Shown: piece after piece, positions 1-8,703 of the stretch | How the letters are laid out: each line of letters begins with the position of its first letter | How positions within the stretch are numbered: position 1 is the first letter of the stretch | From: an uncultured bacterium | GTDB taxonomy: Bacteria; Lernaellota; Lernaellaia; Lernaellales; Lernaellaceae | Direction of reading: 5' to 3' | Assembly: GCA_964534375.1 (NCBI GenBank) | Contig: CAZHPN010000117.1 | Span: 1 to 19,739, forward strand | Length of the DNA stretch: 19,739 nucleotides | Made by a program: the position numbers and the translations under genes | The notes under the pieces: generated by a model | The model's database searches: none | What the model saw: the letters and a program-made list of their open reading frames with translations, nothing else | What the model was told of the DNA's origin: nothing

Positions 1-567
1 CCGGCGTTCGACTTCCTGACCGCGGCGGAATTGCCGGCGCTGACGGCTTTCGAGCAATCGCTGGGCTTCAAAGACGCCGACGTCCGCGTCGCCCGCCAGC
101 GCGAGTGGAAACCGCAGGCCGTCGCCGCGTTCGAAGGGGGCACCGACGCCAACATCGCGTGGCTGAACAACCACGTGCCGCCGGGCTGGCGCAGCGTGCC
201 GAATCCGTATCCGACGACGGCGGCCGGCCTGACTCGCGGCCATCGCGTCTACGAAGATTTCTGCATCGGCTGCCACGGCGAGGTCGGCGACGGCATGGGA
301 CCGGCGGCGGTGCGGCTGTATCCGCCGCCGCTCAATTTCACGACGTTGCACAGCCGCGAAGTCAGCGGCGGCATCCTGTATTACCAGATCATGAACGGCA
401 TCACGGGCACGGCGATGCCGTATTTCAAACGCGACCTGGAGTCGGAAAAAATCTGGGAAGTCGGCGACTACGTCGCCGTCTATTTCATCGCCAAGTCGGA
501 CGCCGGCCGTGCGCCGAAGGGCATCGACGCGGCCTACGAGACGCCGGAAAGGACGCCGACCCCATGA
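1..567 (+). CDS. ccoO: cbb3-type cytochrome c oxidase subunit II (CcoO-like) C-terminus fused to a class I cytochrome c domain; 5'-truncated by the window edge
   Basis: Frame is open from base 1 (PAFDFLTAAELPALTAFEQSLG resembles the CcoO C-terminal MP..L....ALxAYxxxLG segment); CIGCH heme motif and distal TAMP Met; ccoS directly downstream. Confidence 0.7.
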   Translation, partial: PAFDFLTAAELPALTAFEQSLGFKDADVRVARQREWKPQAVAAFEGGTDANIAWLNNHVPPGWRSVPNPYPTTAAGLTRGHRVYEDFCIGCHGEVGDGMGPAAVRLYPPPLNFTTLHSREVSGGILYYQIMNGITGTAMPYFKRDLESEKIWEVGDYVAVYFIAKSDAGRAPKGIDAAYETPERTPTP

Positions 568-821
568 TCTTTATGAAGATGTTCATGGTTTATCTTTCGC
601 TCGGCGTGGCGGTGACCGTCGCCTTCTTCGTCTGGGCGGTGCGCAACGATCAATTCCGCGATCAGAAACGCGCCGGCTGGTTGCCGCTGGACGACGTGAC
701 GCCGGAGCCGCGGCCGCGCGACGCGAAATGGCCCGGGGCCATGATCCTGACGGCTTTTCTGGCGGGCCTCGGGCTGGCTTCGGCGGCGGTCGCCGCCGCC
801 GTCGTCATCATCGCGAGTTGA
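564..821 (+). CDS. ccoS: cbb3-type cytochrome oxidase assembly protein CcoS-like, with a second C-terminal TM helix
   Basis: ATGA overlap with upstream stop; hydrophobic N-terminus then FFVWAVRNDQFRDQKRAGWLPL, matching the CcoS WAxxxGQFxD motif. Confidence 0.8.
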   Translation: MIFMKMFMVYLSLGVAVTVAFFVWAVRNDQFRDQKRAGWLPLDDVTPEPRPRDAKWPGAMILTAFLAGLGLASAAVAAAVVIIAS

Positions 822-830
822 GGCAAGGGA

Positions 831-1082
831 ATGTTTTACTTTCAACTATACGGGGCCGAGGGCGCGCTGGTCGCGTTCTTGTTCGGCGGCGGTATGATTC
901 TGGCGGCGGTCGCCACGTGGTGGTCGATTCTCCACTATCGCAAGCCGACGGATGAAAACGGCCGGCCCGACGAACACGCGAACCCGGGCGTGCCGCTGGT
1001 GCTCAAGGCCATGTACCTGGGCCTGTTGATCTGGGGGATCGCCGTCACGTATCTGGTGGCGACCATGGGGACGCGGATATGA
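831..1082 (+). CDS. small two-TM membrane protein of the cbb3 cluster
   Basis: 83 aa, two hydrophobic helices, purine-rich RBS (AAGGGA), ATGA overlap with next gene. Confidence 0.7.
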   Translation: MFYFQLYGAEGALVAFLFGGGMILAAVATWWSILHYRKPTDENGRPDEHANPGVPLVLKAMYLGLLIWGIAVTYLVATMGTRI

Positions 1083-1852
1083 ACGAACCGGTCACCCGCG
1101 CCGACCGCGTCAAGGCGTACACGATCGTGACGCTGATCGTCGCCTTCATTCTCGCCTATGCGGCGGCGGCGTACCTGGCCATCGGAACCCGCGGCCCGGC
1201 GCGCTGGAACTACGGCTCGCGCGTCGACGTGCCCGGCGAATCCGTGTATTCGACGCATCCGTACTCGACCGCTTATCTGCACAAGGCGTGGATCACCTCC
1301 GTGTTGATGGGCATCACGCTCGACTTCAATCGCATGCGGTTGACCGAGTTTTATCGTCCGTTCAAAGCGAAAATGCCCGACGTCCCGGCGGGGGCCGTGC
1401 CTGTCGACGGCGGCGAGGAAGTCTGGCGGCAGACGCATCTGGGCGGCCTGGCCAACCCGCTGCCGAACGACGCCGACACGGTGCGGCGCGGGCATTTCGG
1501 GTACGTCTATTTCTGCATTCACTGCCACGGCTCGCTCTACAACGGCGACGGCACGGTCGGCCAGAGTTTCTCGCCGCTGCCGGCCGACCTGCGTTCGGCG
1601 CGCGTGCAGAACATGGGCGACGACGATCTCTTCCGGCGCATCAGTTACGGCAAGGAATTTCTCGGGCCCGACAGCAAAGTTCCGCCGCTGTGCTACACCG
1701 TGTCGGTGGACGACCGCTGGCGGATCATTTGGTTCCTCCGTTCGCTCGGCGTGCGCGGCCCGTCGACCGAACCGCGGCCCTCCGGCGACTTCCCCGGCAA
1801 GACGTACTACCCGGTTGGCACGACGACCCGCAGTCCGCTGCTGCCGAAGTGA
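1079..1852 (+). CDS. membrane-anchored c-type cytochrome
   Basis: N-terminal TM helix, CIHCH motif, NPL..G...Y...CxxCHG..G.G.VG...P.PADL pattern, C-terminal DRW..IWFLRSL. Confidence 0.85.
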   Translation: MNEPVTRADRVKAYTIVTLIVAFILAYAAAAYLAIGTRGPARWNYGSRVDVPGESVYSTHPYSTAYLHKAWITSVLMGITLDFNRMRLTEFYRPFKAKMPDVPAGAVPVDGGEEVWRQTHLGGLANPLPNDADTVRRGHFGYVYFCIHCHGSLYNGDGTVGQSFSPLPADLRSARVQNMGDDDLFRRISYGKEFLGPDSKVPPLCYTVSVDDRWRIIWFLRSLGVRGPSTEPRPSGDFPGKTYYPVGTTTRSPLLPK

Positions 1853-1944
1853 TGGCGCGGTTCGCCGGCGGCCCGGCTCCGCACGGTCGAACGAGATTGA
1901 CTGTCCGCCGTCGATACACCAAGATGTCGTCGCGGAGGTCGGGC

Positions 1945-3276
1945 ATGAATCGCCTCACATTGTGTGTTTTCTTATTGTTTTCGACCGTCGGATTGGCGGC
2001 CGTGGTCCTGGCCGGCTGTTCGGGCGCCAACGCCTCGACCGTGGTCCCGCGCATGGCGGACGACGACGACAACGACGACGACAACGACAACGACACGACG
2101 CCCGACGATGATGACGATTCGTCGCCGGACGACGATGACGACAACGACGATGACGATAACGATGACGCGTCGCCCGACGACGATGATGACAACGACGCGT
2201 CGCCCGATGACGACGATAATGACGACAACGACGCGTCGCCCGCCGACGACGATGACGACAACGACACGGCGCCGCTGCCTCCCGGGTGGATGGTCGATCC
2301 ACAGGCGAACGGGTATACCGATCTGGCGCTTGACAGTCAGCAAAATCCGCGCGTCGCATACTATGAAAGCGGAACGGGCTTGAAATACGCGGCCTGGAAC
2401 GGCTCTTCGTGGGATAAGACCGAGGTCGACACCGCCAACGGGCAAATGGGCATGTATGCGGCGATCACGATGGACCCGACCGGCACGTACGCCTATATCG
2501 CCTATCAAGACGGCCAGGCCCAGGAGCTCAAGTTCGCGCAGGAAACGGCGAGCGGCTGGCAGACCGCCGTCGTGGACAACGCGACCGGCGTCGGCGCCTG
2601 GGCCGCCATTGCCGCGACCAGCAGCGATATCTTCATCAGCTACAACGACAACACGGCCGGCGCGCTGAAGGTCGCTCACAAGTCGACCGCCTGGGCGACC
2701 GAGACGGTCGCGCCGGGGCCGAATTCGGGGCAGTACACCTCGATCGGCGTCGATTCGGGCGGCACGGTGTACGTCAGCTTTTACGACGGCGACACGCGCT
2801 CGCTCAACCTCGCGTACGGCGGCGTCGGCAATTGGACGGTGACGGCGCTCGACACGCCGGGCAACTCGAAAGAGGACGTGGGCAGTTGGACATCGCTGAA
2901 GATCGACGGCGGCGATCATGTGCAAATTGCGTATCAGGATAACTACAACCTGGCGTTGAAGTACGGCGTGTACGCGTCGGGCTCGTGGTCGATGACGACC
3001 GTCGACGGCGTGGGCGGCGTCGGCGCCGACGCGTGCCTGATGGTCGACGCGGCCAACCTGCCGCACATCGTCTACCAGGATGAAAGCAATCTCTCCGTCA
3101 AATATGCGACATCCAACGGCTCGGCGTGGACGCTTTCGGTGCTGATCGACGGCACGTATTACCAAGGCGCCTTCGGTTTCTGGATGGGTTGCGGCTGGCT
3201 GACCACGGCGCCGGTCGTAAGTTCCATCTGGGAACCGAACGGGGGCTTGTTGATTTATCCGGCATACGGGAATTGA
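1945..3276 (+). CDS. lipoprotein with Asp-rich linker and beta-propeller-like domain
   Basis: GGAGG RBS at 1934-1938 before ATG 1945; signal peptide with LAGC lipobox; poly-D/N tract; about 6-7 repeats of G.(Y/W)TS.A.D..G..(Y/H)I(A/S)Y.D.....LKYA.....W. Confidence 0.85.
   Translation: MNRLTLCVFLLFSTVGLAAVVLAGCSGANASTVVPRMADDDDNDDDNDNDTTPDDDDDSSPDDDDDNDDDDNDDASPDDDDDNDASPDDDDNDDNDASPADDDDDNDTAPLPPGWMVDPQANGYTDLALDSQQNPRVAYYESGTGLKYAAWNGSSWDKTEVDTANGQMGMYAAITMDPTGTYAYIAYQDGQAQELKFAQETASGWQTAVVDNATGVGAWAAIAATSSDIFISYNDNTAGALKVAHKSTAWATETVAPGPNSGQYTSIGVDSGGTVYVSFYDGDTRSLNLAYGGVGNWTVTALDTPGNSKEDVGSWTSLKIDGGDHVQIAYQDNYNLALKYGVYASGSWSMTTVDGVGGVGADACLMVDAANLPHIVYQDESNLSVKYATSNGSAWTLSVLIDGTYYQGAFGFWMGCGWLTTAPVVSSIWEPNGGLLIYPAYGN
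2059..2265 (+). repeat. low-complexity GAC/GAT/AAC coding repeat with (D)ASPDDDDDN units
   Basis: Repeated gacgcgtcgccc-gacgacgatgatgacaac-type units. Confidence 0.9.
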
Positions 3277-3353
3277 CGGGGCGGATCGCCGCGGCGCATT
3301 GGCGCCGAGGCGCGGGGCGACACGGACTACGGCATCAGACGGCGGGGGCGGGC

Positions 3354-4250
3354 ATGCGGCGCTCAAAACAAGGCTGCGTTGAGAGTTTTGACGGCACCAG
3401 GATTTGTTACGAGAGTTACGGCGAAGGTTTGCCGCTCGCGCTCGTGGACGGCATCGGCTGCAACGGCTACGTCTGGAAGTACATGCTGCAGCACTTCTCG
3501 AACGATTGCCGCATGGTCCATATGCACTACCGCGGGCACGGCCGCAGCGACATGCCGAAGAATACGAACAATCTCTCGATCGAGGACCTCTCCGACGACC
3601 TCGTTCGCGTCTTGGATGACGACAACGTGGACAAAGCGGTGCTCCTCGGGCATTCCATGGGCTGCCAGGTCGTGCTGGAAACCGCCCGCCGGCACGGCGA
3701 TCGCTGCGCGGGGCTCGTGCCGATCTGCGGCAGCTACGGCCATCCGCTGAAAACGTTCCACGACAACCGCATGCTGGATACGGTGTTCCCGGCGCTGTAT
3801 CCGCTGTTCGTGCTGGCGCCGTGGGCGCCGGCAGCCCTCTGGCGCCGGCTCGTGCCGACCCGGCTCGCCTACGAAATCGCCACGCATTTCGAAATCAACG
3901 GTCGGATGATCAATTACGAAGATTTTATGCCGTATTTGCAATTCATCGGCCGGATCGATCTGCGCATGTTCGTCAAGATGCTCGACTTCACGTCGCGGCA
4001 CACGACCGAGGATTTTCTGCCGGAAATTTCGGTTCCCGTTCTGATCGTCGCCGGCGAAAACGACACCTTCACGCCGATGCGGCTGTCCGAAAAAATGGCC
4101 GCGACCATCCCCGGCGCCGAAATGATTGTCGTACCCCGCGGCAGCCACACGGCGCCCATCGAAATGCCGCAACTGGTCAACCTGCGCATCGAACAGTGGC
4201 TGCTCGAGCACTTCAACCTGCGCCGGGTCGGCAAGGTCGTCAACGAATAG
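3354..4250 (+). CDS. alpha/beta fold hydrolase
   Basis: SFDGTRI.Y, YRGHGRS, GHSMG nucleophile elbow, GEND acid, GSH His; ATG 3354 chosen over the long upstream extension. Confidence 0.9.
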   Translation: MRRSKQGCVESFDGTRICYESYGEGLPLALVDGIGCNGYVWKYMLQHFSNDCRMVHMHYRGHGRSDMPKNTNNLSIEDLSDDLVRVLDDDNVDKAVLLGHSMGCQVVLETARRHGDRCAGLVPICGSYGHPLKTFHDNRMLDTVFPALYPLFVLAPWAPAALWRRLVPTRLAYEIATHFEINGRMINYEDFMPYLQFIGRIDLRMFVKMLDFTSRHTTEDFLPEISVPVLIVAGENDTFTPMRLSEKMAATIPGAEMIVVPRGSHTAPIEMPQLVNLRIEQWLLEHFNLRRVGKVVNE

Positions 4251-4296
4251 CGGCCCGCTCGGGAAATCGGCGGCGCAACCGACAAATCGCGAACCC

Positions 4297-4320
4297 GACG
4301 CCCGTAAATGGCGTCCCTAC
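4297..4320 (-). repeat. GTAG-type REP-like palindrome
   Basis: Minus strand reads GTAG-G-GACGCC-ATTTACG-GGCGTC. Confidence 0.45.
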
Positions 4321-5663
4321 GGCGTCAAACCCGCCGCCCGCATCGTGCGCACGGTTTCCGCAATGGCAGTGCGGGTCGACTTCGGCGTCAAATGACAATA
4401 ATCGACGAAGGCGTGCAGCACGTAGGGATCGCCGTCATCGCGGCTCGTGCGTTCGATGGCTTCGCGAATCTCGGCGAGCGGCGCGCCTTCCTCGGCGGCG
4501 ACTTCTCGGATCGCCCGGTTGAGCGACAACATGCTGCCCAGATTGCCGAAGACGCGTTCGCGTGCTTGCGAATAGGCGTCGATCGCCTGGTCGGTCTCCC
4601 CTAACGCTTCGTACGCTTGCGCCTGCACGTAACGCGGCAACGGCGCCTCCGGCTCGACAGCGATTACCGGCGCGAGCAGCGCCAGCGCCTCCCGCGGCCG
4701 CTTCGCGTCGATCGCCGTCGCCGCTTGCCTCACGGACCGCGCCAGCGTCTCCTGGTTGCGCTCGCCCGTGCGAATGCCAAGCGGCTGCCGCAGCATGTAA
4801 CATACCGGCAAGGTGATGCGAAACGGCAACGTCGTCAGCACGACGGGGATGTTTTTCGTTCGCGCGCGCCGGACGATCCATCGCAGGTTGTCCTGGAAAT
4901 TCCGCACGTAAGCGTCGCGAATGGGAAAGTAGCTCTGCGGATCGAACGCGCGGAAGCGGTCGTAGAGCATGCGCGTGCAATCGCGGCGGAACGGCGCGGC
5001 GTCCCATTGCTCGCGCATGGGGGGCTGCGACCATGGGAGAAAATCGCTGCGGTACAGGCGATGAAAAAAGAGCATCGAACGATAGATGCGGCTGTGCCGG
5101 CCGAGGAACCGCGACGCCTTCGCCCAGTCGACGCCGGCCACGACGCGCGTCAACGGGAAGTACCAGTGCAGAAATTCGTTGTTTCCCGAATAAACGATGA
5201 GCAGATCGACCTTGTAATTCGCGAGCAATGACGCGGCCGTCGCCGCCACCGCCTCGGAGTTCGCCGCGATGCGGCCGCAGTTGAAGACGCGGACGTTCGC
5301 CGGGTCCGCCAATTGGTGGATCAACACGCGGTCAAACGCGTCTTCGTGGCGTACGCCGACGCCGTACATGGCCGATCCGCCCAACAGAAAAATGTTGTTC
5401 CCGGCGCCTGCCGTCTCGTCCGGGGTCAGGAGCCGCCGGCCCTCGCCGTCGCGAACGGAAATCGGTTCGTTGCGTCGGGCGGCGTCCTCATATCGGGCCG
5501 CCGCCGTGGCCGCGTCCGGCGGCATTTCGTTGGCCGGCGTCGCCTGTTCCATTTCCGCGTAACGGAAGAAGAAGTGGAGCCCGATCTCCAACAGTGCCAG
5601 CGCCAGAATCAAGACGAACAGGGAATACCCTGCGAACCGCCAACGCGCGCCGCGATGCTTCAT
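4317..5663 (-). CDS. membrane-anchored SGNH/GDSL hydrolase-like protein with TPR insertion
   Basis: N-terminal TM; LLGGS (block I), VFNCG, YSGNNE (block III), FVDYCH (DxxH); TPR-like helices (AQAYEALGETDQAIDAYSQA). Confidence 0.8.
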   Translation of the reverse strand: MKHRGARWRFAGYSLFVLILALALLEIGLHFFFRYAEMEQATPANEMPPDAATAAARYEDAARRNEPISVRDGEGRRLLTPDETAGAGNNIFLLGGSAMYGVGVRHEDAFDRVLIHQLADPANVRVFNCGRIAANSEAVAATAASLLANYKVDLLIVYSGNNEFLHWYFPLTRVVAGVDWAKASRFLGRHSRIYRSMLFFHRLYRSDFLPWSQPPMREQWDAAPFRRDCTRMLYDRFRAFDPQSYFPIRDAYVRNFQDNLRWIVRRARTKNIPVVLTTLPFRITLPVCYMLRQPLGIRTGERNQETLARSVRQAATAIDAKRPREALALLAPVIAVEPEAPLPRYVQAQAYEALGETDQAIDAYSQARERVFGNLGSMLSLNRAIREVAAEEGAPLAEIREAIERTSRDDGDPYVLHAFVDYCHLTPKSTRTAIAETVRTMRAAGLTP

Positions 5664-5714
5664 TTCGGCTTCTCCGAGTGGCGCGTCGATCGCGGCAGGC
5701 CGAACAACAGCCGC

Positions 5715-6938
5715 TCAATCGCGCGTGACGGCGGCGAGCGCCCGGAACAGCGGAAACCGCACAGGCGTCTGCTTCGGGACGTGCAACTCCAAATCGAACG
5801 GCGCGAGCCAATCGTCCGACTCGGGCGCGAAGCGCAGCGTCGCTTCGACGCTCTGGCCGGGCCGCAGCTCGATCGTCCGGCCCAACGCGTCGCCGTCGCG
5901 CGCCAATTTGGCCGGCGTGGCGTACGCCCCCGCCGACAAATCCAGCGCGAATTGGTTGGGCGCGGGCGTTCGCGCCGGCTTGGGGCCGTCGTTGACGAAG
6001 ACCAGCGCCGCCACGTAGACCTTGCCGGCTGCGGCGCCGGCCTGCTCATTAAACCGGCTCACGCGCACCGTCACGCCGTTGGCCAGGCGCGCGACGAGCG
6101 GAAAGGCCGCGGGCGCGGCCGGCGGGGCGGACGGCGCCGGAGCGGCGGCGGCCGTTTTGGTCGGCGGATCGAACACGAGTTGCTCGGCGCCGAGCCAGAA
6201 GTCGGCGCCGTCGGCGTCGAACGCTTTAAACGCGGCGCCTCGTTGATACACGAGCCGCACACGCTGATTGCGGAAAACGCGGCAATCCTTCTGCTGCGGC
6301 GCGCAACGGGCGTCGCCGTCTTCCCGAACCGACGCCGTGCGGTCGATCATCGCGCCGAAGACCGGTTGCCAGTCGACCCCGAAGCGCACGAGTTCGCCTC
6401 GGAACCGGTAGCCCAGCGGATCCTGCGCCGTCAGGGTCAGCGCGCCCTCGATCACTTGCGGCCGCAATTCAAGATAAATGGGGTCGAGCGGCCGCGTGAC
6501 GCACCGGAATGAGCGCTCGCTGTCCGGACGCCAGGGATCGTTGCTGTCGACGCGCGGCGCGAACCCAAGACCGCCGCTGTGGCGCTCCAGCGCCGTGCGC
6601 TCGCCGAACGTCGCGGCGAGCGTGGCGTAAACGGTGGCGCGATGCACGAGCCGGCGCGCGTTGTTGCGCACGCGGCCGGCGATCAGCAAATGCGGACCGG
6701 CCTCGTCCGCGAGTTGCGCGTTGAGCGGGCCCATGCGCGGATCGAACAAGAGTGCCTGTTCGACGTTGACGGGAAACGCGTCCGCGTCGGCGGCGGCCGG
6801 CGCCGCCGATCGGCGGCTGCCGCCGTCCGGCGGCGGGTCGGCCGCGGCGGTTCCGACACGCTTCGCAATACCGCATTGACAACCGGCCAGCAGTGCGATC
6901 ATAATCAGCAAAACTGTCTTGCTACGGCGAAGGCTCAA
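5715..6938 (-). CDS. hypothetical lipoprotein, multidomain; C-terminal DUF4352-like beta domain possible
   Basis: TTG 6938 with AGGAG 7 nt upstream gives MSLRRSKTVLLIMIALLAGC lipoprotein signal; Pro/Ala linkers; C-terminal V.V.FVN.G......QFAL....ELRPGQSVEATLRF. Confidence 0.7.
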   Translation of the reverse strand: MSLRRSKTVLLIMIALLAGCQCGIAKRVGTAAADPPPDGGSRRSAAPAAADADAFPVNVEQALLFDPRMGPLNAQLADEAGPHLLIAGRVRNNARRLVHRATVYATLAATFGERTALERHSGGLGFAPRVDSNDPWRPDSERSFRCVTRPLDPIYLELRPQVIEGALTLTAQDPLGYRFRGELVRFGVDWQPVFGAMIDRTASVREDGDARCAPQQKDCRVFRNQRVRLVYQRGAAFKAFDADGADFWLGAEQLVFDPPTKTAAAAPAPSAPPAAPAAFPLVARLANGVTVRVSRFNEQAGAAAGKVYVAALVFVNDGPKPARTPAPNQFALDLSAGAYATPAKLARDGDALGRTIELRPGQSVEATLRFAPESDDWLAPFDLELHVPKQTPVRFPLFRALAAVTRD

Positions 6939-6960
6939 GACCAAGCTCCTTGGCGAAGTC

Positions 6961-6988
6961 ATTGTAGCAGCCTTTGGGTCGGACGCAA
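6961..6988 (-). promoter_or_regulatory. putative sigma70 promoter for the 5715-6938 gene
   Basis: TTGCGT-16 nt-TACAAT with extended TGn. Confidence 0.5.
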
Positions 6989-7230
6989 GAAAAGATCTCG
7001 TGCGGACAACAGGGTCGGCAGCGAAAAACAGTCTCGGTTGCGGGTCGCGTTTTTTTTGGCGGCGGACCAAACTGAGCCTTGACAATTAGCTAAAACGGAA
7101 CTCTTATTCCGGCTTTCGAGATGTGGGTCAATTGTATCCGGTAAACGAGCGCCCCGGAAATGCGGTGCCTGAAAACGAAGGCGGGCCATCCGGGGACGAA
7201 ACAACTTCTCTAGAAGGAGGATGAAACGCT

Positions 7231-7902
7231 ATGAAATGGTTGAAGATCCTGGCCCTGGTTTCGATTCTGGCGATCGCGTTCGTCGCGTGCGGCGGCGGCG
7301 CGAAGTCGATGGAACTCAGCCCGGCGTCCGTTAAGTTGGACCAAAAGGGCGCCACCGCGACGTTGATGCCGCAATTCAAAGACGCCAACGGCAAAGTGGT
7401 TGAGTTCAAGAAGACGGTGACCTGGACGAGCAGCGACGAAAAGGTCGCGAAAGTCGCGCCGAGCGGCATCGTCACCGCCGAAGATTCTGGCACGGCCACC
7501 ATCACGGCGTCGGGCGGCGAGCAGCTGACCGCGACCGCGAAAGTGACGGTCCAGATCCCGAAGTCCATCCAGATCATGCCGACGGAGCTCGACTTGGTGG
7601 TGGGCGACAAGAAAGCCCTGACGGCGAAAGTCCTCGACACCGCCGGCAAAGAGATCATGGGCAAGCCGATTGACTGGAAAACCGACAAAGCCACCGTCGC
7701 CACCGTGGTTGGCGGCAAAGTGATCGGCAACGGCGAAGGCACCGCGGTTGTGACCGCCACGTGGAGCACCCTGAGTGCGACCGCCACCGTGAAAGTCGCG
7801 AAAGCGGCCCCCGAACCGGCGAAACCGGCTAGCGTGGGCAAGAAGAACGCGCCGGCCAAGGCTCCGCCGGCCGCTGGCGTAGGCAAAAAGACCAAGAAGT
7901 AG
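7231..7902 (+). CDS. lipoprotein with two bacterial Ig-like (Big_2) domains and a Lys/Pro/Ala tail
   Basis: AAGGAGG RBS; FVAC lipobox; VTWTSSDEKVAKV...GIVTA...GTATITA and IDWKTD...VATV.GG.V...GEGTAVVTA repeats. Confidence 0.9.
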   Translation: MKWLKILALVSILAIAFVACGGGAKSMELSPASVKLDQKGATATLMPQFKDANGKVVEFKKTVTWTSSDEKVAKVAPSGIVTAEDSGTATITASGGEQLTATAKVTVQIPKSIQIMPTELDLVVGDKKALTAKVLDTAGKEIMGKPIDWKTDKATVATVVGGKVIGNGEGTAVVTATWSTLSATATVKVAKAAPEPAKPASVGKKNAPAKAPPAAGVGKKTKK

Positions 7903-7926
7903 TCTCCCTTTCTCGTTAGGTGCATC

Positions 7927-7959
7927 AAGGGTCCCGGCCAAGCCGGGGCCCTTTTTTTT
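7927..7959 (+). terminator. rho-independent terminator
   Basis: AAGGGTCCCGGC-CAA-GCCGGGGCCCTT stem followed by a T run. Confidence 0.85.
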
Positions 7960-7993
7960 CGGAAAGTCGGCGAGCCGCGGCTTCGGCGGGTCG

Positions 7994-8021
7994 TTGCAGT
8001 TCCAGAAAATTTCGTTATGGT
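7994..8021 (+). promoter_or_regulatory. putative sigma70 promoter of the ftsE operon
   Basis: TTGCAG-16 nt-TATGGT, ending 7 nt before the ftsE ATG. Confidence 0.45.
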
Positions 8022-8028
8022 GTGATTC

Positions 8029-8703
8029 ATGATTCGCTTCCACCGGGTCACCAAACGGTACGGCCCGCACACCTACGGCCTGCACGACGTTACCGCACAC
8101 ATTGCCAAGGGCGAGATGGCGTTTTTGTCCGGCCCCTCCGGCGCCGGCAAGACGACGTTTCTGCGGATGATTTACGCGGCAGAAACGCCTACGGACGGCC
8201 AGGTGCTCGTCGCCGGCCGCAACATTGCGAAACTGCGCGAATCGTCGATTCCATATCTGCGGCGCAACGTCGGCGTCGTGTTTCAGGACTTTCGCCTGCT
8301 GGCCGATCGCAGCGTCTTCGAAAACGTGGCCATGGCCCTCGAACCGCTCGCCACGCCGCGCGAACGGCTCCGGCAAAAAACGATGGCTGTGCTCGGCCAG
8401 GTCGGCATGCAGGTGAAAATCGACGAGAAGCCGAACGCGTTGTCCGGCGGCGAACAACAGCGCATCGCGATCGCGCGGGCGCTCGTCAACGAGCCGGCGA
8501 TCATTCTCGCCGACGAGCCGACTGGCAACCTCGACGCCGCCATGAGCCAGCAGATTTTCGACCTGCTGCGGGACATCAATCTGCGCGGCGCCACCGTGGT
8601 CGTCGCCTCGCACAACGATGACCTCGTGGCGCGGTACGCCCAACGCATCTTCCGCCTCGAACGCGGCCGCTTGACCGCGACGGCCGGCGAGGGCCGGCCG
8701 TGA
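8029..8703 (+). CDS. ftsE: cell division ATP-binding protein FtsE
   Basis: GPSGAGKTT Walker A, IPYLRRNVGVVFQDFRLL, LSGGEQQR, ILADEPTGNLD. Confidence 0.95.
   Translation: MIRFHRVTKRYGPHTYGLHDVTAHIAKGEMAFLSGPSGAGKTTFLRMIYAAETPTDGQVLVAGRNIAKLRESSIPYLRRNVGVVFQDFRLLADRSVFENVAMALEPLATPRERLRQKTMAVLGQVGMQVKIDEKPNALSGGEQQRIAIARALVNEPAIILADEPTGNLDAAMSQQIFDLLRDINLRGATVVVASHNDDLVARYAQRIFRLERGRLTATAGEGRP

Noticed and set aside
105..563. N-terminal extension of the 105..821 ORF
   Set aside because: Arg-rich off-frame translation of the cytochrome gene; CcoS begins at 564
1288..1944. Long N-terminal extension of the 662-aa ORF
   Set aside because: Overlaps the cytochrome c gene in another frame; RBS and signal peptide point to ATG 1945
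1725..2383. Poly-Ser, poly-Thr and poly-Arg ORFs
   Set aside because: Alternative frames of the poly-Asp tract
7140..7200. c-di-GMP riboswitch
   Set aside because: Class I and II consensus elements not recognisable by eye
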